From NCBI GenBank assembly GCA_964016885.1, contig OZ024743.1, positions 129,208,001 to 129,272,000 on the forward strand: 64,000 nucleotides of DNA. The letters are read 5' to 3'. Positions 57,330-64,000 of this stretch are shown piece after piece. A program made the translations under genes and the position numbers. Numbering within the stretch: the first letter of the stretch is position 1; each line of letters starts with the position of its first letter. The notes under the pieces are model-generated. The model worked only from the letters and a program-made list of their open reading frames with translations. It made no database searches and had not been told where the DNA came from. This DNA is from Eledone cirrhosa. Lineage: Eukaryota.

Positions 57330-60300
57330 AAGCATCAAACACCAAGCATATAACACCAAACACCAAACACCAAGCACCAAACACCAAACACCAGGCACCA
57401 AACACCAAACACCAAGCACCAAGCACCAAGCACCAAGTACAAACACCAAGCTCCAAGCACCAAACACCAAGCACCAAGCATCAAACACCAAACACCAAAC
57501 ACCAAGCACCAAGCACCAAGCATCAAACACCAAGCATATAACACCAAACACCAAACACCAAGCACCAAACACCAAACACCAAGCACCAAGCACCAAACAC
57601 CTAACACCAAGCACCAAACACTAAGCACCAAACACCAAGCACCAAGCACCAAGCACCAAACACCAAGCACCAAACACCAAGCACCAAACACCAAGCACCA
57701 AGCACCAAACACCAAGCACGAAGCACCAAACACCAAGAACCAAGCACCAAGCACCAAGTACAAACACCAAGCACCAAGCACCAAACACCAAGCACCTAGC
57801 ACCAAACACCAAACACCAAGCACCAATCACCAAGCACCAAACACCAAGCAGCCAGCAGCAAGCACCAAACACCAAGCACCAAGCACCAAAAACCAGACAC
57901 CAAGCACCAAGCACCAAACACCTAACACCAAGCACCAAGCACCAAGTACCAAGCACCAAACACCAAGCACCAAACACCAAACACCAAGCACCAAGCACCA
58001 AGCACCAAGCACCAAACACCAAGCACCAAACACCAAGCACCAAACACCAAGCACCAAGCACCAAACACCAAGCACCAAGCACCAAACACCAAGCACCAAG
58101 CACCAAGCATCAAACACCAAGCACCAAACACCAAACACCAAGCACCAAGCACCAAGCATCAAACACCAAGCATATAACACCAAACACCAAGCACCAAGCA
58201 CACAGCACCAAACACCAAGCACCAAGCACCAAGCAAAAAGCACCAAACACCAAGCACCAAACACCAAACACCAAGCACCAAACACCAAACACCAAGCACC
58301 AAGCACCAAACACGTAACACCAAGCACCAAACACCAAGCACCAAACACCAACCACCAAACACCAAGCACCAAGCACCAAGCACCAAGCACCAAACACCAA
58401 GCACCAAACACCAAGCACCAAACACCTAACACCAAGCACCAAGCACCAAGTACCAAGCACCAAACACCAAGCACCAAACACCAAACACCAAGCACCAAAC
58501 ACCAAACACCAAGCACCAAGCACCAAACACCTAACACCAACCACCAAACACCAACCACCAAACACCAAGCACCAAGGACCAAGCACCAAGCACCAAGCAC
58601 CAAATACCAAGCACCAAACACCAAGCACCAAGCACCAAGCACCAAGTACAAACACCAAGCACCAAGCACCAAACACCAAGCACCAAGCATCAAACACCAA
58701 ACACCAAACACCAAGCACCAAGCACCAAGCATCAAACACCAAGCATATAACACCAAACACCAAGCACCAAGCACCAAACACCAAGAACCAAGCACCAAGC
58801 ACCAAGTAGAAACACCAATGACCAAGCACCAAACACCAAACACCAAGCACCAAAGACCAAGCACCAAGCACCAAATACCAAGCACCCAGCACCAAACACC
58901 AAGCACCCAGCACCAAAAACCAAGCACCAAATACCAACCACCCAGCACCAAGCACCAAACACCAAGCACCAAGCACCAAACACCAAGCACCAAACACCAA
59001 ACACCAAGCACCAGACACCAAGCACCAAACACCAAACACCAAACACCAAGCACCAAGCACCAAACACCAAACACCAAACACCAAGCACCAAACACCAAAC
59101 ACCAAGCACGAAAAACCAAACACCAAGCACCAGACACCAAGCACCAAACACCAAACACCAAGCACCAAACACCAAACACCAAGCACCAAGCACCAAACAC
59201 CAAACACCAAGCACCAAGCACCAAACACCAAGCACCAAAGACCAAACACCAAACAGCAAACACCAAACACCATACAGCAAACACTAAACACCAAAAAGCA
59301 GACACCAAACAGCAAACACCAAACACGAAACACCAAACACCAAACAGCAAACACCAAACACCAAGCACCAAACACCAAGGACCAAGCACCAAACACCTAA
59401 CACCAAGCACCAAGCACCAAGCACCAAACACCAAGCACCAAACACCAAACATCAAGCACCAAGCACCAAGCATCAAACACCAAGCATATAACACCAAACA
59501 CCAAACACCAAGCACCAAACACCAAACACCAGGCACCAAACACCAAGAACCAAGCACCAAGCACCAAGTACAAACACCAAGCACCAAGCACCAAACACCA
59601 AGCACCAAGCACCAAGCATCAAACACCAAGCGCCAAACACCAAGCAGCAAGCACCAAGCATCAAACACCAAGCATATAACACCAAACACCAAACACCAAG
59701 GACCAAACACCAAACACCAAGCACCAAGCACCAAACACCTAACACCAAGCACCAAACACTAAGCACCAAACACCAAGCACCAAGCACCAAGCACCAAACA
59801 CCAAGCACCAAACACCAAGCACCAAACACCAAGCACCAAGCACCAAACACCAAGCACGAAGCACCAAACACCAAGAACCAAGCACCAAGCACCAAGTACA
59901 AACACCAAGCACCAAGCACCAAACACCAAGCACCTAGCACCAAACACCAAACACCAAGCACCAATCACCAAGCACCAAACACCAAGCAGCCAGCAGCAAG
60001 CACCAAACACCAAGCACCAAGCACCAAAAACCAGACACCAAGCACCAAGCACCAAACACCTAACACCAAGCACCAAGCACCAAGTACCAAGCACCAAACA
60101 CCAAGCACCAAACACCAAATACCAAGCACCAAGCACCAAGCACCAAGCACCAAACACCAAGCACCAAACACCAAGCACCAAACACCAAGCACCAAGCACC
60201 AAACACCAAGCACCAAGCACCAAACACCAAGCACCAAGCACCAAGCATCAAACACCAAGCACCAAACACCAAACACCAAGCACCAAGCACCAAGCATCAA

Positions 60301-61530
60301 ACACCAAGCATATAACACCAAACACCAAGCACCAAGCACACAGCACCAAACACCAAGCACCAAGCACCAAGCAAAAAGCACCAAACACCAAGCACCAAAC
60401 ACCAAACACCAAGCACCAAACACCAAACACCAAGCACCAAGCACCAAACACGTAACACCAAGCACCAAACACCAAGCACCAAACACCAACCACCAAACAC
60501 CAAGCACCAAGCACCAAGCACCAAGCACCAAACACCAAGCACCAAACACCAAGCACCAAACACCTAACACCAAGCACCAAGCACCAAGTACCAAGCACCA
60601 AACACCAAGCACCAAACACCAAACACCAAGCACCAAACACCAAACACCAAGCACCAAGCACCAAACACCTAACACCAACCACCAAACACCAACCACCAAA
60701 CACCAAGCACCAAGGACCAAGCACCAAGCACCAAGCACCAAATACCAAGCACCAAACACCAAGCACCAAGCACCAAGCACCAAGTACAAACACCAAGCAC
60801 CAAGCACCAAACACCAAGCACCAAGCATCAAACACCAAACACCAAACACCAAGCACCAAGCACCAAGCATCAAACACCAAGCATATAACACCAAACACCA
60901 AGCACCAAGCACCAAACACCAAGAACCAAGCACCAAGCACCAAGTAGAAACACCAATGACCAAGCACCAAACACCAAACACCAAGCACCAAAGACCAAGC
61001 ACCAAGCACCAAATACCAGGCACCCAGCACCAAACACCAAGCACCCAGCACCAAAAACCAAGCACCAAATACCAACCACCCAGCACCAAGCACCAAACAC
61101 CAAGCACCAAGCACCAAACACCAAGCACCAAACACCAAACACCAAGCACCAGACACCAAGCACCAAACACCAAACACCAAACACCAAGCACCAAGCACCA
61201 AACACCAAACACCAAACACCAAGCACCAAACACCAAACACCAAGCACCAAAAACCAAACACCAAGCACCAGACACCAAGCACCAAACACCAAACACCAAG
61301 CACCAAACACCAAACACCAAGCACCAAGCACCAAACACCAAACACCAAGCACCAAGCACCAAACACCAAGCACCAAAGACCAAACACCAAACAGCAAACA
61401 CCAAACACCATACAGCAAACACTAAACACCAAAAAGCAGACACCAAACAGCAAACACCAAACACGAAACACCAAACACCAAACAGCAAACACCAAACACC
61501 AAGCACCAAACACCAAGGACCAAGCACCAA
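57330..61530 (+). repeat. Higher-order tandem duplication, period 2138 bp, with a partial third copy at about 62.1-63.3 kb
   Basis: Matching pseudo-ORFs at 57335/59473, 57601/59739, 58732/60870 and 58818/60956; CATACAGC landmark at 59271/61409. Confidence 0.88.
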
Positions 61531-64000
61531 ACACCAAGCACCAAACACCAAACATCAAGCACCAAGCACCAAGTACCAAACACCAAGAACCAAGAACCAA
61601 ACACCAAGCACCAAGCACCAAGCACCAAACACCAAGCACCAAACACCAAACATCAAGCACCAAGCACCAAGTACCAAACACCAAGAACCAAGAACCAAAC
61701 ACCAAGCACCAAGCACCAAGTACAAACACCAAGTACCAAGCACCAAGCACCAAACACCAAGAACCAAGCACCAAACACAAAACACCAAGCACCAAGCACC
61801 AAGCATCAAACACCAAGCAGCAAACACCAAACACCAAGCACCAAGCACCAAACACAAAGCACCCAGCACCAAACACCAAGGACCAAGCACCAAGCACCAA
61901 AAACCAAACACCAAACACAAAACACAAAGCACCAAGCAACAAACACCAAACTCCAAGCACCAAGCACCAAGCACCAAACACCAAACACCAAGCACCAAGC
62001 ACCAGGCACCAAACGCCAAGCACCAAGCACCAAACACCAAGCACCAAGCACCAAACACCAAACGCCAAACACCAAACACCAAGAACCAAGAACCAAACAC
62101 CAATCACCAAGCACCAAGTACAAACACCAAGCACGAAGCACCAAACACCAAGAACCAAGCACCAAGCACCAAGTACAAACACCAAGCACCAAGCACCAAA
62201 CACCAAGCACCTAGCACCAAACACCAAACACCAAGCACCAATCACCAAGCACCAAACACCAAGCAGCCAGCAGCAAGCACCAAACACCAAGCACCAAGCA
62301 CCAAAAACCAGACACCAAGCACCAAGCACCAAACACCTAACACCAAGCACCAAGCACCAAATACCAAGCACCAAACACCAAGCACCAAACACCAAACACC
62401 AAGCACCAAGCACCAAGCACCAAGCACCAAACACCAAGCACCAAACACCAAGCACCAAACACCAAGCACCAAGCACCAAACACCAAGCACCAAGCACCAA
62501 ACACCAAGCACCAAGCACCAAGCATCAAACACCAAGCACCAAACACCAAACACCAAGCACCAAGCACCAAGCATCAAACACCAAGCATATAACACCAAAC
62601 ACCAAGCACCAAGCACCCAGCACCAAACACCAAGCACCAAGCACCAAGCAAAAAGCACCAAACACCAAGCACCAAACACCAAACACCAAGCACCTAACAC
62701 CAAATACCAAGCACCAAGCACCAAACACGTAACACCAAGCACCAAACACCAAGCACCAAACACCAACCACCAAACACCAAGCACCAATCACCAAGCACCA
62801 AGCACCAAACACCAAGCACCAAACACCAAGCACCAAACACCTAACACCAAGCACCAAGCACCAAGTACCAAGCACCAAACACCAAGCACCAAACACCAAA
62901 CACCAAGCACCAAACACCAAACACCAAGCACCAAGCACCAAACACCTAACACCAACCACCAAACACCAACCACCAAACACCAAGCACCAAGGACCAAGCA
63001 CCAAGCACCAAGCACCAAATACCAAGCACCAAACACCAAGCACCAAGCACCAAGCACCAAGTACAAACACCAAGCACCAAGCACCAAACACCAAGCACCA
63101 AGCATCAAACACCAAACACCAAACACCAAGCACCAAGCACCAAGCATCAAACACCAAGCATATAACAAAAAACACCAAGCACCAAGCACCAAACACCAAG
63201 AACCAAGCACCAAGCACCAAGTAGAAACACCAATGACCAAGCACCAAACACCAAACACCAAGCACCAAACACCAAGCACCAAGCACCAAGCATCAAACAC
63301 CAAACACCAAGCACCAAGCATCAAACACCAAACACCAAGCACCAAACACCAAGCACAAATCACCATGCATCAAACACCAAACAGCCAGCAGCAAGCACCA
63401 AACACCAAACACCAAACACCAAGCACCAAAAACCAAACACCAAACACGAAGCACCAAGCACCAAGTACCAAGCACCAAACACCAAGCACCAAACACCAAG
63501 CACCAAACACCAAGCACCAAACACCAAACACCAAGCACCAAACACCTAACACCAAACACCAAGCACCAAACACCAAGCACCAAACACCAAACACCAAGCA
63601 CCAAGCACCAAACACCTAACACCAAGCACCAAACACCAAGCACTAAGCACCAAGCACCAAGCACCAAACACCAAGCACCAAACACCAAGCACCAAACACC
63701 AAGCACCAAGCACCAAACACCAAGCACCAAGCTACAAACACCAAGAACCAAGCACCAAGCACCAAGTACAAACACCAAGCACCAAGCACCAAACACCAAG
63801 CACCAAGCACCAAGCATCAAACACCAAGCACCAAACACCAAGCACCAAGCACCAAGCATCAAACACCAAGCATATAACACCAAACACCAAACACCAGGCA
63901 CCAAACACCAAGAACCAAGCACCAAGCACCAAGTACAAACACCAAGCACCAAGCACCAAACACCAAGCACCAAGCACCAAGCATCAAACACCAAGCGCCA

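Larger units (their letters stand above)
18101..64000 (+). repeat. Heptamer satellite (CACCAAR)n, forward domain 2, runs off the right edge of the window
   Basis: About 45.9 kb of continuous CACCAAG/CACCAAA units and variants; no non-repeat insertion seen. Confidence 0.98.

Noticed and set aside
60956-63619. TKHQAPS heptads resembling the RNA polymerase II CTD or other heptad-repeat proteins
   Set aside because: The seven-residue period is the arithmetic result of three 7-bp units; there is no YSPTSPS similarity and no synonymous-site pattern.
396-63994. Several hundred ORFs in the six-frame track as protein-coding genes
   Set aside because: They overlap in all frames and on both strands, follow directly from a stop-free heptamer, start at TTG/GTG or chance ATG variants, and contain no non-repeat domain. 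Stops arise from random variants (CACTAAA, CACCTAG, CATCAAA).
1-64000. CRISPR array, or the G/A alternation as an information-storing binary code
   Set aside because: There are no unique spacers, no leader and no cas genes. The G/A pattern is copied within duplicated modules, as expected from mutation plus unequal exchange, and nothing here suggests a reader.

Overview
The whole 64 kb window is one tandem satellite built from a 7-bp unit, consensus CACCAAR (CACCAAG and CACCAAA mixed at similar frequency; reverse complement YTTGGTG). I saw no unique, non-repeat sequence and no credible gene, RNA gene, transposon or CRISPR array. All ORFs in the track are artefacts: the consensus has no T on one strand and no A on the other, so no stop codon can form in any frame, which gives TKHQAPS/TKHQTPN or WCLVLGA/WCLVFGV heptads. 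The real structure is architectural. (i) There are three orientation domains (1-4335 forward, 4336-18100 reverse, 18101-64000 forward), joined with no spacer, and both joins sit on a GC dinucleotide. (ii) Nested higher-order duplications run from about 0.1 kb to about 4.5 kb, plus a copy about 16 kb away, all traceable through rare variant heptamers. (iii) Variant sub-families change at about 32 kb. (iv) Clusters of CAGCAAA/CACCAAA units recur. This looks most like eukaryotic heterochromatic satellite DNA (centromeric, pericentromeric or subtelomeric), but that is inference, and the organism cannot be named from the sequence. Offsets were measured by eye from landmark variants, so duplication boundaries are approximate.
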